A stretch of 64,000 bases of DNA from an uncultured Verrucomicrobiae bacterium (GTDB taxonomy: Bacteria; Verrucomicrobiota; Verrucomicrobiia; Chthoniobacterales; JAFAMB01), in the NCBI GenBank assembly GCA_963813025.1, contig CAWEXO010000014.1, positions 320,001-384,000 of the forward strand, read 5' to 3'. Within the stretch, counting starts at the first letter, position 1. Every line of letters starts with the position of its first letter. Under the pieces are notes generated by a model. It did no database searches. It was not told where the DNA came from and was given only the letters and a program-made list of their open reading frames with translations. Below, one piece after another: positions 1 through 10,437 of the stretch. The translations under genes and the position numbers were made by a program.

Positions 1-2
1 GT

Positions 3-1034
3 TCATGGCGAATCCCCAGTATTCTGCGGACTGGATGGGATCTGATCAGGCTACCGACCGTAAAACCAGGAGAGCGGAGTGCCGCTGATCTGCAAGGGCG
101 TTTGCACTCCGTCGCTCGCGATCGGCAGGCCGTAACCTATCATTACAATGTTTCAAATGACTTTTACGCACTCTGGCTTGATCGGCAGATGGTTTACTCT
201 TGCGCGTACTTCGAGCATGCCGACGACGATTTGGACACGGCACAGGCTCGAAAACTCAATTACCTGTGCCGCAAACTCCGGCTCCGTCCCGGAGATACGT
301 TACTCGACCTCGGATGCGGCTGGGGCGGCCTGATCCTGCACGCAGCCAAATATTATGGCGTGGCTGCTCACGGGATCACGCTAAGCGAGAATCAGGCTCG
401 GCTGGCCGGGGAACGGATCGCTCGGGCCGGTTTGCAGAGCAACTGCCGAGTCGAAGTACGCGATTACCGCGAACTCCAGGCTTCCAGCGGATTCAACAAG
501 ATCGTCAGCGTTGGAATGTTTGAGCATGTGGGCGAACAGCAGTTGCCACATTATTTCCGGCATGTTTGGGAACTATTGCGGCAAGGCGGTGTATTCCTGA
601 ATCACGGGATCGCGCGACGGGTGAGTGATCCACCCTCGAGCAGTTCGGCTTTCGTTGGGAAATACGTGTTTCCTGACGGCGAACTCGCCCCGATCAGCAC
701 GACCGCGCGCTGTGCTGAAGAGGTTGGATTTGAAGTTCGCGATCTCGAGAGCTTGCGCGAGCATTACGCGCTTACGTTGCGCCGCTGGGTCAAGCGATTG
801 GAGGCTCACCGAGCGGAAGCGGTCCGGGAAGTTGGTGAACAGACCTACCGAATTTGGCGGTTATTCATGTCGGGATCTGCCCACGGTTTTGCGAGGGGTC
901 CGCTCAATGTTTACCAGCTTTTGCTGGTTAAGCCCGACGCTGGTCGGAGCGGACTGCCACTGACCCGCGCGGACTGGTACCAGGGGGAAGAAAGCGGCGG
1001 GAGCAGAGGGAGCGGGTTCAGCGGAGGAAGGTAG
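3..1034 (+). CDS. cfa: Cyclopropane-fatty-acyl-phospholipid synthase family methyltransferase (5' partial)
   Basis: HYNVSNDFY, YSCAYF, LDLGCGWG, SVGMFEHVG and YVFPDGEL motifs; frame is open to the window edge. Confidence 0.9.
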   Translation, partial: SWRIPSILRTGWDLIRLPTVKPGERSAADLQGRLHSVARDRQAVTYHYNVSNDFYALWLDRQMVYSCAYFEHADDDLDTAQARKLNYLCRKLRLRPGDTLLDLGCGWGGLILHAAKYYGVAAHGITLSENQARLAGERIARAGLQSNCRVEVRDYRELQASSGFNKIVSVGMFEHVGEQQLPHYFRHVWELLRQGGVFLNHGIARRVSDPPSSSSAFVGKYVFPDGELAPISTTARCAEEVGFEVRDLESLREHYALTLRRWVKRLEAHRAEAVREVGEQTYRIWRLFMSGSAHGFARGPLNVYQLLLVKPDAGRSGLPLTRADWYQGEESGGSRGSGFSGGR

Positions 1035-1140
1035 CGCGAGAGTGAAGAAGTTGAGCAGCTGACATTCGTTTACTGTCCGCTTCTTTGATTGTTTACCTAT
1101 CTTCCTCCGCTGAACCCGCTCTCTCCGCTCCCGCCGCTTT
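991..1140. repeat. Inverted pair of a 44-bp repeat forming the 3' ends of cfa and serS
   Basis: 991-1034 and the reverse complement of 1097-1140 match at 41/44; related copies at 3862-3895, 27761-27802, 41652-41684 and 44070-44091. Confidence 0.85.
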
Positions 1141-2410
1141 CCCCGATCTCCTTCATTCCCGTGTACTCCTGGAGCGCTTCGGGGAGTCGGATCGAACCGT
1201 CTGGCTGTTGGTAATTTTCCAACAGCGCGACGTACAATCTTGGCAGGGCAGTGCCGGAACCGTTCAAGGTGTGGCAGAACCGATTTTTACCTTCCTTGTC
1301 TTTGAACCGCAGATTCATCCGGCGCGCCTGGTAATCCTCCGCACTGGAGCAACTGGATACTTCGAGGTATTGCTGTTGTCCCGGCGCCCAAACCTCGATG
1401 TCGTAAGTCTTGGCCATGACTGGGCTGATATCACCGGAACAGAGTTCAATGACGCGATAGTGCAAGCCCAACAGCTGCAGAACTTCCTCGGCATCGGCGG
1501 TGAGTTTTTCCAATTCTTCATCGGAAGTCTCGGGAGTAGTCACTTTGACGAGTTCGACTTTGTCAAACTGGTGTACCCGGATCATGCCTTTGGTGACTAT
1601 CCCGGCTGAACCAGCTTCGCGTCGAAAACAGGGGCTGTAAGCGACGTATTTTTTTGGCAACTCATCCACGGAGAGAATCTCTTCCCGATGGAAATTGGTG
1701 ACTGGCACTTCGGCCGTGGGAATCAAAAAGGCCGAATTATTTTCCAGTCCATATGCTTGTTCCTCGAATTTTGGCAACTGCCCGGTGCCAATCATGCAAG
1801 CCCGCCGAACAAGATAAGGGGTGCTGAGCTCGCGATAGCCGTGCTTGTTGGTATGCAAATCCAGGAGGAACTGGATAAGCCCGCGCTGGAGCCGCGCACC
1901 TTGCCCGGTAAAGCAAACAAAGCCACTGCCGCTGAGCTTGGCCCCGCGTTCGAAGTCGACGAGACCAAGTCGCATGGCAATTTCTACGTGATCCTTGGGT
2001 CGGAAAGCAAACGCAGGCTGCCTACCCCATTCCCGGAGGACGGGGTTGGCCGCGGAGTCGGCGCCGATCGGAATGCCCGGGTGGGGCAGGTTGGGCAGCA
2101 GGAGCAGTAAAGAGCGCAAGCGCTCGGTGGCAGCCGTCAACCGCTCGCTGAGTTCATCGGTTTCGACGCCGATGGTTCGCACGCGGGTCTCCAGTTCGAT
2201 GTTGGGTTGGCCCTGCGCGCGACGAGCTCCCGCGTCCCGGCTGAGCTTATTGCGTTCCGCGTTAAGTTTCTGCACTTCGGTTTCCAGTCGCCGGCGTTCG
2301 GCGTCGACGGCGAGGATCTCATCCAGCTCGGCTGAAAAATCGCCGCCACGAGTCGCCAGACGTTCCCGTACCCAGGCGGGTTTTTCGCGGATGAGCCGGA
2401 TATCGAGCAT
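1097..2410 (-). CDS. serS: Serine--tRNA ligase
   Basis: MLDIRLIR start, TGQLPKF, LIPTAEVP, CFRREAGS, RVHQFDKVE, HTLNGSG. Confidence 0.97.
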   Translation of the reverse strand: MLDIRLIREKPAWVRERLATRGGDFSAELDEILAVDAERRRLETEVQKLNAERNKLSRDAGARRAQGQPNIELETRVRTIGVETDELSERLTAATERLRSLLLLLPNLPHPGIPIGADSAANPVLREWGRQPAFAFRPKDHVEIAMRLGLVDFERGAKLSGSGFVCFTGQGARLQRGLIQFLLDLHTNKHGYRELSTPYLVRRACMIGTGQLPKFEEQAYGLENNSAFLIPTAEVPVTNFHREEILSVDELPKKYVAYSPCFRREAGSAGIVTKGMIRVHQFDKVELVKVTTPETSDEELEKLTADAEEVLQLLGLHYRVIELCSGDISPVMAKTYDIEVWAPGQQQYLEVSSCSSAEDYQARRMNLRFKDKEGKNRFCHTLNGSGTALPRLYVALLENYQQPDGSIRLPEALQEYTGMKEIGESGGSGESGFSGGR

Positions 2411-2433
2411 GTTTGGGCTATAGCAGGCGCAAA

Positions 2434-2808
2434 GAGGAGTTCAAGGAGTTCGAGGAGTTCGAGGAGGTTCAAGGAGTTCGAGGAGTTCGAGGAGTTCAAG
2501 GAGTTCGAGGAGTTCGAGGAGTTCGAGGAGTTCGAGGAGTTCGAGGAGTTCGAGGAGTTCGAGGAGGTTCAAGGAGTTCAAGGAGTTCCAGGATTCGAAA
2601 AGAGCCTCGGGTAAGGCGCACGGCCTCGTGCGTCACTATCCGAATAAGAACGAGGCGGTCGGCGCTACGGGAGTGCCCTCCTCGACTTCTGACTCCTTGA
2701 ACTCCTTGAACTCCTTGAACTCCTTGAACTCGTGGACTCCTGTGACTGCTGTGACTGCTGTGACTGCTGTGACTGCTGTGACTGCTGTGACTGCTTGAAC
2801 TCCTCGAC
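2434..2808. repeat. 9-bp tandem arrays in inverted arrangement around a degenerate REP hairpin
   Basis: About 17 x RAGGAGTTC at 2434-2588; inverted (GAACTCCTT)n at 2691-2731; (GACTGCTGT)n to ~2795; REP-like arms at ~2611-2668. Confidence 0.95.
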
Positions 2809-2812
2809 CCAC

Positions 2813-3760
2813 GTGCTCGACCTTTTCTCCCAAAATTTCGACCGCGAAAATTTAGCGTCGCGAATCGCGGCGTTGGCTGATCGCGACGTTTACGTCGGTA
2901 CATCATCGTGGAAGTACCCCGGCTGGCTCGGTACCCTATACGATCGCTCCCGCTACGAATTCCGGAACCGCTTCTCGGAAACGCGTTTCGAAGATGAGTG
3001 CCTTGAAGAGTATAGCCAGTTTTTCAGGACTGTTTGCGTTGACGCCGGGTATTATCGGTTTCCCGATGAACGCTATCTCAGCAAACTCGCGGACCAGGTT
3101 CCCACGAATTTCCGTCTCACCTTCAAGGTAACGGACTCGATCACGCTGCGCCGATTTCCCAAGCTATCGCGGTTCGGACCGCAACAAGGCCAACTGAATC
3201 CCGATTTCCTTAATGTTGACCTTTTCCTACAGCAGTTCCTGCAGCCGCTTGTGCCATTTCGTGGAAAAATTGGGGCTTTGGTCTTTGAGTTCGCCGAGAT
3301 TCGCCAAACCGATCTGATCAACAAAGACGACTTTGTCGGCCGGCTCGATCAGTTTCTCGCCGAGCTGCCGAAAGATTGGCAATATGGGATTGAGATCAGG
3401 AACCGCGAGCTGCTTGGAGTACCTTATTTTTCAGTGTTACAGAAACATCGCGTCGCCCATGTGTTCAACCAGTGGACGCGTATGCCTTCGGTCGAGAAAC
3501 AGTTGGCCATTCCCGGATCTCTGACCACCGATTTTGTCATCGGTCGATTTCTGCTGCGTCCTGGGCGCGCCTACGAACAAGCGGTCGAAGCTTTCGGTCC
3601 TTACGATCAGACGCGCGATGTCAGCGAGAGCGCCCGACGCGCAGCCCGGCGGCTTATTTGGGATGTGCCGCAGGAAGGCGGTCGTCCAACGTTTGTATAC
3701 ATCAACAATCGGTTGGAAGGGAATGCGCTCAATACAATCTGGGCGATTACGGAGCAGTAG
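2813..3760 (+). CDS. DUF72 (YecE-like) protein
   Basis: YVGTSSWKYPGW, FKV, GALVFEF, EIRN and YINN motifs; GTG at 2813 chosen because the upstream in-frame part is repeat DNA. Confidence 0.85.
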   Translation: MLDLFSQNFDRENLASRIAALADRDVYVGTSSWKYPGWLGTLYDRSRYEFRNRFSETRFEDECLEEYSQFFRTVCVDAGYYRFPDERYLSKLADQVPTNFRLTFKVTDSITLRRFPKLSRFGPQQGQLNPDFLNVDLFLQQFLQPLVPFRGKIGALVFEFAEIRQTDLINKDDFVGRLDQFLAELPKDWQYGIEIRNRELLGVPYFSVLQKHRVAHVFNQWTRMPSVEKQLAIPGSLTTDFVIGRFLLRPGRAYEQAVEAFGPYDQTRDVSESARRAARRLIWDVPQEGGRPTFVYINNRLEGNALNTIWAITEQ

Positions 3761-3771
3761 TCGAGAGTCGT

Positions 3772-3825
3772 AGGAGTTCGAGGAGTTCAAGGAGTTCGAG
3801 GAGACACGGGAGTTGCAGCAGTTCC
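3772..3825 (+). repeat. Short 9-bp GGAGTTC array
   Basis: taggagttc gaggagttc aaggagttc gaggag, same unit as 2434-2588. Confidence 0.8.
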
Positions 3826-3898
3826 GGAACACTGGGGAGATGTGAGTTTCGGCGCTCTGCGCTACCTCCCGCCGCCGCAGCCGCTCCTCCGCTCCATG

Positions 3899-5002
3899 TC
3901 AGTCCTTCTTCTGAGTCGTGGTTCGATGGGAGTGCTTTTTGGTCGATTTCCGCGTGGCGCTCGGTTCGGGAGTAGGGGATACCGCGGATTCGGGACTCGG
4001 GGTAGCCGAGGCCAGCTTTTCACCGGCCAGGCCAGGGACGCTGGCGTACCCTTCGAACTTCGCGGTCAGGTCCGGATCGGTTTTGTTCGGTTGGCCGTTG
4101 GGCAGCTTGAAATCAAAGACGCTCACCCCGTAACGCTGCTGGCCATCGTACGTGCGACCCTCGGAAGCGCCGACCATGATTCGCTTACCACTGCCTTTTT
4201 CCCGGCCCAGATAGATCATGACGTGCGTGATTGGGATATCGCGATTAACCTGGTAGGTACCCGACCAGAACATCAGATCCCCCGGTTTGAGGTCATCCAG
4301 CTCGAAAGTATCCGCATTGCGGCTTAGCACCGCATGAAAATTGCTATTCTTGCGAACCCAGAGATATTGCTGGCTCGAGTCACGCGGCGCGTCTTTATAT
4401 CCCGCATTGGAAAGCACGTAGTAGATAAAACCGCTGCAATCCATTCCTCCTTTCGCGGGATCGGCCGATCCATACTTGTAACTCAAATTCTGCTGCGTTA
4501 GCGACAGCGCATCGCGGAGCATCTGCTGAACGCGAGGCGGCTGGGCGTCAAAATCACGCATTTGGGAAGGCAACAAGCTGGCGACCTTGACACCAGGAGG
4601 AGAACTCTGGGCCGCCGGCGCCGGACTGTCCGCCGGAGTTTCCTTCGGCGCGGCCTTTGGGCTGGGTGAGGGCTCTGTTTTGGCGGAAGATTCTCTCGGG
4701 CTCGGACTCGGACTCGGTCTCAATGCTGCCGGTTTGCCCTCCTCCTGCTCCTGTTTCTTCATGCGAACGGTGTCGCTGGCCGTTTTCTTCTTTGCGCCTT
4801 TGCGATGCCTGGTCGAATGATGTGTCCCGCTCTGATCTCGGGTATTTTGGGATTTCGAGGAGTCGTCGTCAGTAAAGGCGTCTTTTACGCTGTGGCCGAC
4901 ATGGCGCAGCGAGTCATAAACATTGTGCCACGTGTCATCATCGGCGTGGACCGGTAGAGCAATCATGGTCAGACCGAACCATAGCCAATGGATGTGCTTC
5001 AT
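3899..5002 (-). CDS. Secreted NlpC/P60 (C40) peptidase
   Basis: Signal peptide; YKYGS..GMDCSG, PRDS, PGDLMFW, THVMIY. Confidence 0.88.
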   Translation of the reverse strand: MKHIHWLWFGLTMIALPVHADDDTWHNVYDSLRHVGHSVKDAFTDDDSSKSQNTRDQSGTHHSTRHRKGAKKKTASDTVRMKKQEQEEGKPAALRPSPSPSPRESSAKTEPSPSPKAAPKETPADSPAPAAQSSPPGVKVASLLPSQMRDFDAQPPRVQQMLRDALSLTQQNLSYKYGSADPAKGGMDCSGFIYYVLSNAGYKDAPRDSSQQYLWVRKNSNFHAVLSRNADTFELDDLKPGDLMFWSGTYQVNRDIPITHVMIYLGREKGSGKRIMVGASEGRTYDGQQRYGVSVFDFKLPNGQPNKTDPDLTAKFEGYASVPGLAGEKLASATPSPESAVSPTPEPSATRKSTKKHSHRTTTQKKD

Positions 5003-6330
5003 GACGAAAGGGCTATTTGTTTCAGCAATTCCTGATTTAGACGAATTCCTGCCTGGAAATTTTCGATTGGAAAGTTCTCGTTCGGCGAATGCGCGCGAGC
5101 GTCCGGGAGCGCGAGACCGAGCAACAGCGTGTCGGTGCCGAAGACGTCCTTGAAGGTCTGCGTGATCGGGATCGAGCCGCCTTCGCGAATAAACGCGATC
5201 GGCTTATTGAAAGTTTCCTGGAGTGCCCGCTTTGCCGCCTCGGCGAAGGGAGAGTCTATGCTGACCAAATAGGGTTTGCCGCCGTGCCCGGCGACGATCT
5301 CCATCGTAATACCTTCAGGGCAATGCGCTCGAAGAAATTCGGAGATAACCGGCTGCAACTCAGCTGGATCTTGATCAGGAACCAAACGAAAAGAAAGTTT
5401 GGCCACGGCTCGGCTCGGCACGATCGTCTTGCCTCCCTCGCCCTGGTAACCGCTCGTCAGACCATTCACTTCCGCCGTTGGGCGTGCCCAGACTCTTTCG
5501 AGGGTGCTGTAACCCTCCTCGCCGGCAAGGCTGCGGGCTCCCACAGTCTTCAACCAGGCTTCCTCGCTGAAGGGAAGCTTGCTCCAGAGCTCTTTTTCCC
5601 AGCGAGCAACCGGTTTCACGTGATCGTAGAATCCCGGGATCGCGACGCGCCCTTTGGAATCGTGCAAGGAAGCGATGATCCGACTCAGAACGGTGGCCGG
5701 ATTATCGACCGACCCTCCGAAAATGCCGGAGTGCAAGTCAAACGCCGGTCCCTGGAGCCGAAGTTCGAGGGCGAGGACACCGCGCAACCCGTAGGTTAGC
5801 GTTGGAACGCCGGGCGCGAACATGCCGGTATCCGAGACCGCGACGATGTCCGGCTGCAATTCGGTTAAATGATTGCGGAGAAAGCCTTCCAGGTGCCTGC
5901 TCCCAACCTCTTCCTCACCTTCGACTACAATGATCACGTTTACCGGTAAATCATGGTTTTCGCGCAGAGCTGCCTCTACACCGAGAATGTGCGCCAGGAT
6001 CTGTCCTTTGTTGTCGGTAGCGCCCCGGGCGATTATCCGGCCATCAATAACGGTCGGTTCGAAGGGAGGGGTTTGCCACAGCTCAAGAGGGTCGGGCGGT
6101 TGAACGTCGTAATGACCGTAGACCAAAACAGTTCGCTTGCCGGCTACCTGCTGATTGCGGCCAACGACAACCGGGTTACCCGCAGTTGCAAATTGATGAG
6201 CGTCAAGACCGCATCGCCGGAGTCGCGCCGTGAGCCAGTCGGCGCAGGCTTCAACATCGGGCCGGAATTTGCTATCCGCGGAAACGGATGGGAACCGCAA
6301 AAATTCGAAAAGATCATCTAGCGGATTCAT
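4999..6330 (-). CDS. M20 family dipeptidase
   Basis: YGHYDVQP, ARGATDNKGQ, EGEEE, DLHSG, GGSIP, AHSPNE. Confidence 0.92.
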   Translation of the reverse strand: MNPLDDLFEFLRFPSVSADSKFRPDVEACADWLTARLRRCGLDAHQFATAGNPVVVGRNQQVAGKRTVLVYGHYDVQPPDPLELWQTPPFEPTVIDGRIIARGATDNKGQILAHILGVEAALRENHDLPVNVIIVVEGEEEVGSRHLEGFLRNHLTELQPDIVAVSDTGMFAPGVPTLTYGLRGVLALELRLQGPAFDLHSGIFGGSVDNPATVLSRIIASLHDSKGRVAIPGFYDHVKPVARWEKELWSKLPFSEEAWLKTVGARSLAGEEGYSTLERVWARPTAEVNGLTSGYQGEGGKTIVPSRAVAKLSFRLVPDQDPAELQPVISEFLRAHCPEGITMEIVAGHGGKPYLVSIDSPFAEAAKRALQETFNKPIAFIREGGSIPITQTFKDVFGTDTLLLGLALPDARAHSPNENFPIENFQAGIRLNQELLKQIALSS

Positions 6331-6436
6331 GGCTCATCGCAAATTGAGGTTTCATTTTTTCAGAGGCAAGCTCGGACGGAGTCTGCGAAGCACAAATGAA
6401 TGTGATCGACGGCGGGAACGGACTCGTGATTCCTCC

Positions 6437-6541
6437 GTAGCGCGCGCATTTTGTCCGGCCCAAGCGCACCAAAAGTACGGACGAGGCCGTTCACCTTCGT
6501 GCCTGCCTCGCGGCACTACGGCGCGACAAGTTCCGCGCTAC
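6437..6541. repeat. GTAG-type REP pair, one arm with a nested insert
   Basis: gtagcgcg...gtacggacgaggccg[insert]ttccgcgctac; homologous to 14866-14929. Confidence 0.75.
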
Positions 6542-6714
6542 ATGAGCGATCACGCTCGCGCGTGAAGTTAAATGAACCAAGTGCTCCTCTCTGATCTTCG
6601 TCATGACAGATCGCTGATTCAACATCTAGCAGATTTCAGGGTTGCGAGCCCAATATCTTGTATTTTGCTTGCCTGATTTCTGCGACAAAGCTAGCGTCGA
6701 AACCGGCGCTGCCT

Positions 6715-9700
6715 ATGTATCTGAAGTCACTCGAACTGATTGGATTCAAGTCTTTCGCGACGAAGACCAGGGTCGAGTTTCACCGCGGGGTCACCGCGGT
6801 TGTCGGCCCGAACGGGTGCGGGAAATCGAACATTCTGGACGCCATCCGCTGGGTTCTCGGCGAGCAATCCGCGCGTGCTCTCCGGGGTGAGGGGATGGCC
6901 GATGTCATATTCAACGGTACAGACACCAAGCCGGCCGTCAGCGCGGCGGAGGTTTCCCTTACCTTTGCTGATTGCGAAAACGACCTCGGTACGGAATACA
7001 ACGAACTTTGCTTAACGCGCCGTGTTTACCGGGATGGCCAATCCGATTTTCTGCTGAACCACACACCGTGCCGGTTGAAGGACATTCAACTGCTTTTGAT
7101 GGACACCGGGATTGGGCGAAGCGCCTACTCCATCATGGAACAGGGCAAGATCGACTTAATTCTAAGCTCCCACCCGGAGGATCGTCGCGCCATTTTCGAG
7201 GAAGCGGCTGGCATCAGCAAGTATAAGGCGCAGAAACGGGAAGCGCTCCGCAAACTGGAGTATACGGAGGCCAACCTGCTGCGCTTAAGCGATATCGTGA
7301 AGGAGGTGAAACGCCAGATCGGTTCTCTTCAACGCCAGGCGGGAAAGGCACGTCGATATCGGTCTCTCTTCGAGTCTCTGAAGGTGCTGGATCTGCATGT
7401 CGCGGCCAGGAGAAGAGCTGATTTGTTAGCCGAACTGACCGGGGCGGAAAGCAAGATAGTCGAGTTTGCTGCTCGGCATCGATTGCTGGAAGAGCAGGTC
7501 GATGCACAGGACTTTGGTCTCACCGCGCAGCGAAGCCAACTGGAGACGCTGGAGGATCGCCTCGCGGAAGCGCGCCAGCAGGCGCACGAAACCAGGAATC
7601 GCATCACGAGCACTCGCACCGAGATCGGGTTTAACGACGAACGGATCCTCGAGTCGGAGAGATTATCGGAGCGACATGCTGAGGAGATGTGTTCTGCGAA
7701 AAGCAGGCTTGAGGTGGAAAAAGCTGAGCTGGCCAAAATGGACGAGCAGCTGATCGAGCTTGCCCAAAACCTGGCGACTAGCGAAGCAGCTCTGGCCCGG
7801 CGCCAGAAAGAGATGGTGCAGGCCAGAATTGATAAGGAGGCGGCGGAAGAGCAAGTACGCCAGAGCCAAGGCCAAATCAAGAAAACGGAAATCGCGGCGG
7901 CGAACGCACAGGCGGAACTACATCGAAACCTCGACGGACAGCGCACGGCCGAAGAACGGTTTGACCTCGTGAGCAAAGAGCTTGTCGCGATCGAGGCGAG
8001 CCATTGCGAACTGCGCAACCAGGTAGAGCGCGCCCGAAGCGATCTGGAGAAAGCTGCCGGCGATCTCCAGTCATACCGTCAGGCCGCAAACGACTGTCTG
8101 CAGAAACGGGAAGACCGGGAGCGCGAATATCAGGACGTTGCCGCCGGCTTCGCCAAGATTGAGCGCATGGCGGCGGAAAAGAAAGCGCGATTGGAAGTCC
8201 TCACGCAGCTGATTGAGGAAGGCCAAGGTCTCCATTCGGCTACTCAAGCGATTTTGAAAGGTCTGGATGAGCCCGACCGATTCCGGCCGCTGATCCTGGG
8301 CAGCCTGGCGAAGTTTGTCGAGGTCCCGGCCGAGTTGGTCGCCGCGGTCGAAGCCGCGCTCGGGGCAAACTTGCAGGCCGTCCTCGTCCGGGATCAAGCA
8401 GCCGTGGCTGACATTGGACGGAAACTGATTGACGGCAACTTTGGCCGAGGTGCTGTCAGTTTGAGATCTCTGGCCGAGAGCCAGGAAGGACAATTGCCGG
8501 CTGAACCCTTGCCGGAGGGGGCAATCGCCTGGCTTCTGGACCGTCTGACCGTGCAGCCGGAAGCCGTCGCATTGCTCTCCCGGCTGCTTGCCCGGGTTGC
8601 GCTCGCACCGGATCTACCCGTAGCCTTCGCAATCAAACAATGCGGATCTCCACAATTAGCCGCGGTCACGGTGAGCGGCGAATTCGTTTCCCCGGCAGGG
8701 ATCTTGTTTGCCGGATCGACCGATGATCAGGCTGAGTCGATTTTTCGGCGGCGCCTGGAAGTGCAGCATTTGGAAACTGAAATCCGTTCCTTGGCTGAAC
8801 AAGCTGAGGTGCTGGCCGCCTCGCGCGACGCGGCTTGGCGGGAAGTGGAAGCGGCTGAGACCGCTCGGCGCGACAGCCAAAGAGCCCTGGAATATGCCCA
8901 GGTCGTCAGCGCCAGCAAACAGGCCGAGCTCTCGCTGCTCGAGCGCGAGTTGCGCGAACGGGCAAATAAACTCCAATCTCTCACTTGGGAGCAAAGGGTT
9001 CTCCAAGAAGGCGTACAAGAGCGGTCGGAGCATACGGAGACTTTACGACGGCGACTCGGCGAACTCCGGGCTGAGCTGGAAAAGGCAACAGTCTCGCACT
9101 CCGAGGCAATGAGTGTGGCAAGGAATGTCGCGTCTCGCGAGTTGGAGCTGAACGGTGCCTGGCAAGAATTGAAGATTCACGTCGCCACAGAACGGAATCG
9201 ACAGCAGAGCCTCGAGTCAGTGAGGAAGCCGATCGCTGCCCGGCTGGAGGAGCTCCAGGAACTGGTTACGACTCGGGAGGCAGAAATCGAGCACTACCGG
9301 GAGCGCATAGCATCTTTGCAACAAGCGAATAGCGATTTGGTTGAGACCATCAAGCAGCTTGAGGAAGACCTCACCGCGGCCGATGCAAGGATCGCGGTAC
9401 TTCTTGCCGAACGAACGGATCGGTCCGCCGCAATCGAAGCAGTCGAGGTCAATTTGCGCCGGCTTCGGCAAGAGCTCTTGAACTGCGGAGAACTCAGGGG
9501 ACGGGAAGAGGTTCGCCGGACCCAAGGCCAGCTCCGTTTGCAAAGTCTCGATGAACATGTGGCGCGGCGGTACCAGGTAGAACCGGGGAGTTTCGAACCG
9601 GATTGGTTCGCGTTTCGGGTCGCGCTCCGGGATCAACGCAAGCGCTTCGAAAACGCGCCTTCACCGGAACGTGAGCTGGCTGATCCTTTTGCTGACGAAG

Positions 9701-10437
9701 AAGTAGACTGGACGTTTGCGGAAGCGGCGGTCGCCGAGCTGACCGCACGGCTGGACAGCATGGGGCCGGTCAATCTTGAGGCGATCCAGGAGTACGATGA
9801 ACTGGAAGAGCGACAACGATTCCTGGAGCAGCAGCACGTTGACCTGACGAATGCCAAAGCGGAGTTGCTCGAAGTCATTCAACGGATCAATCGAACTACC
9901 AAGGAATTGTTCGTCGACACTTTCGAGCAGGTTCGGCGTAACTTTCAGGAAATGTTCATTGAACTTTTTGGCGGCGGAAAGGCCAATCTACTTTTGGTCG
10001 ACGATCTCGATCCGCTTGAGAGCGGCATAGAGATCATCGCGAAGCCTCCGGGCAAGCAACTTCAATCCATCTCACTGCTTTCCGGCGGCGAGAAAACCAT
10101 GGCCGCCGTGGCGTTGTTGTTCGCGATTTATATGATCAAACCGAGTCCTTTTTGTGTCCTGGACGAAATGGATGCTCCGCTCGACGAATCGAATATCAAC
10201 CGCTTTATCCGGCTTCTGGATCGCTTCGTGGGTCAAAGCCAGTTTGTCGTTATCACGCATAACAAGCGCACCATCGCGAAAGCTGATGTCTTGTACGGCG
10301 TAACGATGGAAGAACAGGGGATCAGCAAGCTGGTCGGGGTGCGACTAACCCGACGTGAAGAAGGTCATGGTGAGGCGGACCTGATTGGTACCCGGAAAAC
10401 CGTGCCAAGTATTGCGGAGGGCCTGGGGAACAAGTAG
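6715..10437 (+). CDS. smc: Chromosome segregation protein SMC
   Basis: MYLKSLELIGFKSF, GPNGCGKSN, coiled coils with hinge, LSGGEK, LDEMDAPLD. Confidence 0.97.
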   Translation: MYLKSLELIGFKSFATKTRVEFHRGVTAVVGPNGCGKSNILDAIRWVLGEQSARALRGEGMADVIFNGTDTKPAVSAAEVSLTFADCENDLGTEYNELCLTRRVYRDGQSDFLLNHTPCRLKDIQLLLMDTGIGRSAYSIMEQGKIDLILSSHPEDRRAIFEEAAGISKYKAQKREALRKLEYTEANLLRLSDIVKEVKRQIGSLQRQAGKARRYRSLFESLKVLDLHVAARRRADLLAELTGAESKIVEFAARHRLLEEQVDAQDFGLTAQRSQLETLEDRLAEARQQAHETRNRITSTRTEIGFNDERILESERLSERHAEEMCSAKSRLEVEKAELAKMDEQLIELAQNLATSEAALARRQKEMVQARIDKEAAEEQVRQSQGQIKKTEIAAANAQAELHRNLDGQRTAEERFDLVSKELVAIEASHCELRNQVERARSDLEKAAGDLQSYRQAANDCLQKREDREREYQDVAAGFAKIERMAAEKKARLEVLTQLIEEGQGLHSATQAILKGLDEPDRFRPLILGSLAKFVEVPAELVAAVEAALGANLQAVLVRDQAAVADIGRKLIDGNFGRGAVSLRSLAESQEGQLPAEPLPEGAIAWLLDRLTVQPEAVALLSRLLARVALAPDLPVAFAIKQCGSPQLAAVTVSGEFVSPAGILFAGSTDDQAESIFRRRLEVQHLETEIRSLAEQAEVLAASRDAAWREVEAAETARRDSQRALEYAQVVSASKQAELSLLERELRERANKLQSLTWEQRVLQEGVQERSEHTETLRRRLGELRAELEKATVSHSEAMSVARNVASRELELNGAWQELKIHVATERNRQQSLESVRKPIAARLEELQELVTTREAEIEHYRERIASLQQANSDLVETIKQLEEDLTAADARIAVLLAERTDRSAAIEAVEVNLRRLRQELLNCGELRGREEVRRTQGQLRLQSLDEHVARRYQVEPGSFEPDWFAFRVALRDQRKRFENAPSPERELADPFADEEVDWTFAEAAVAELTARLDSMGPVNLEAIQEYDELEERQRFLEQQHVDLTNAKAELLEVIQRINRTTKELFVDTFEQVRRNFQEMFIELFGGGKANLLLVDDLDPLESGIEIIAKPPGKQLQSISLLSGGEKTMAAVALLFAIYMIKPSPFCVLDEMDAPLDESNINRFIRLLDRFVGQSQFVVITHNKRTIAKADVLYGVTMEEQGISKLVGVRLTRREEGHGEADLIGTRKTVPSIAEGLGNK

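Noticed and set aside
2434..2808. CRISPR array
   Set aside because: Units are 9 bp with no unique spacers, and there are no cas genes in the window.
2732..2812. Cys/Asp-rich metallothionein-like N-terminus on DUF72
   Set aside because: It is the translation of the (GACTGCTGT)n array; GTG at 2813 is the more plausible start.
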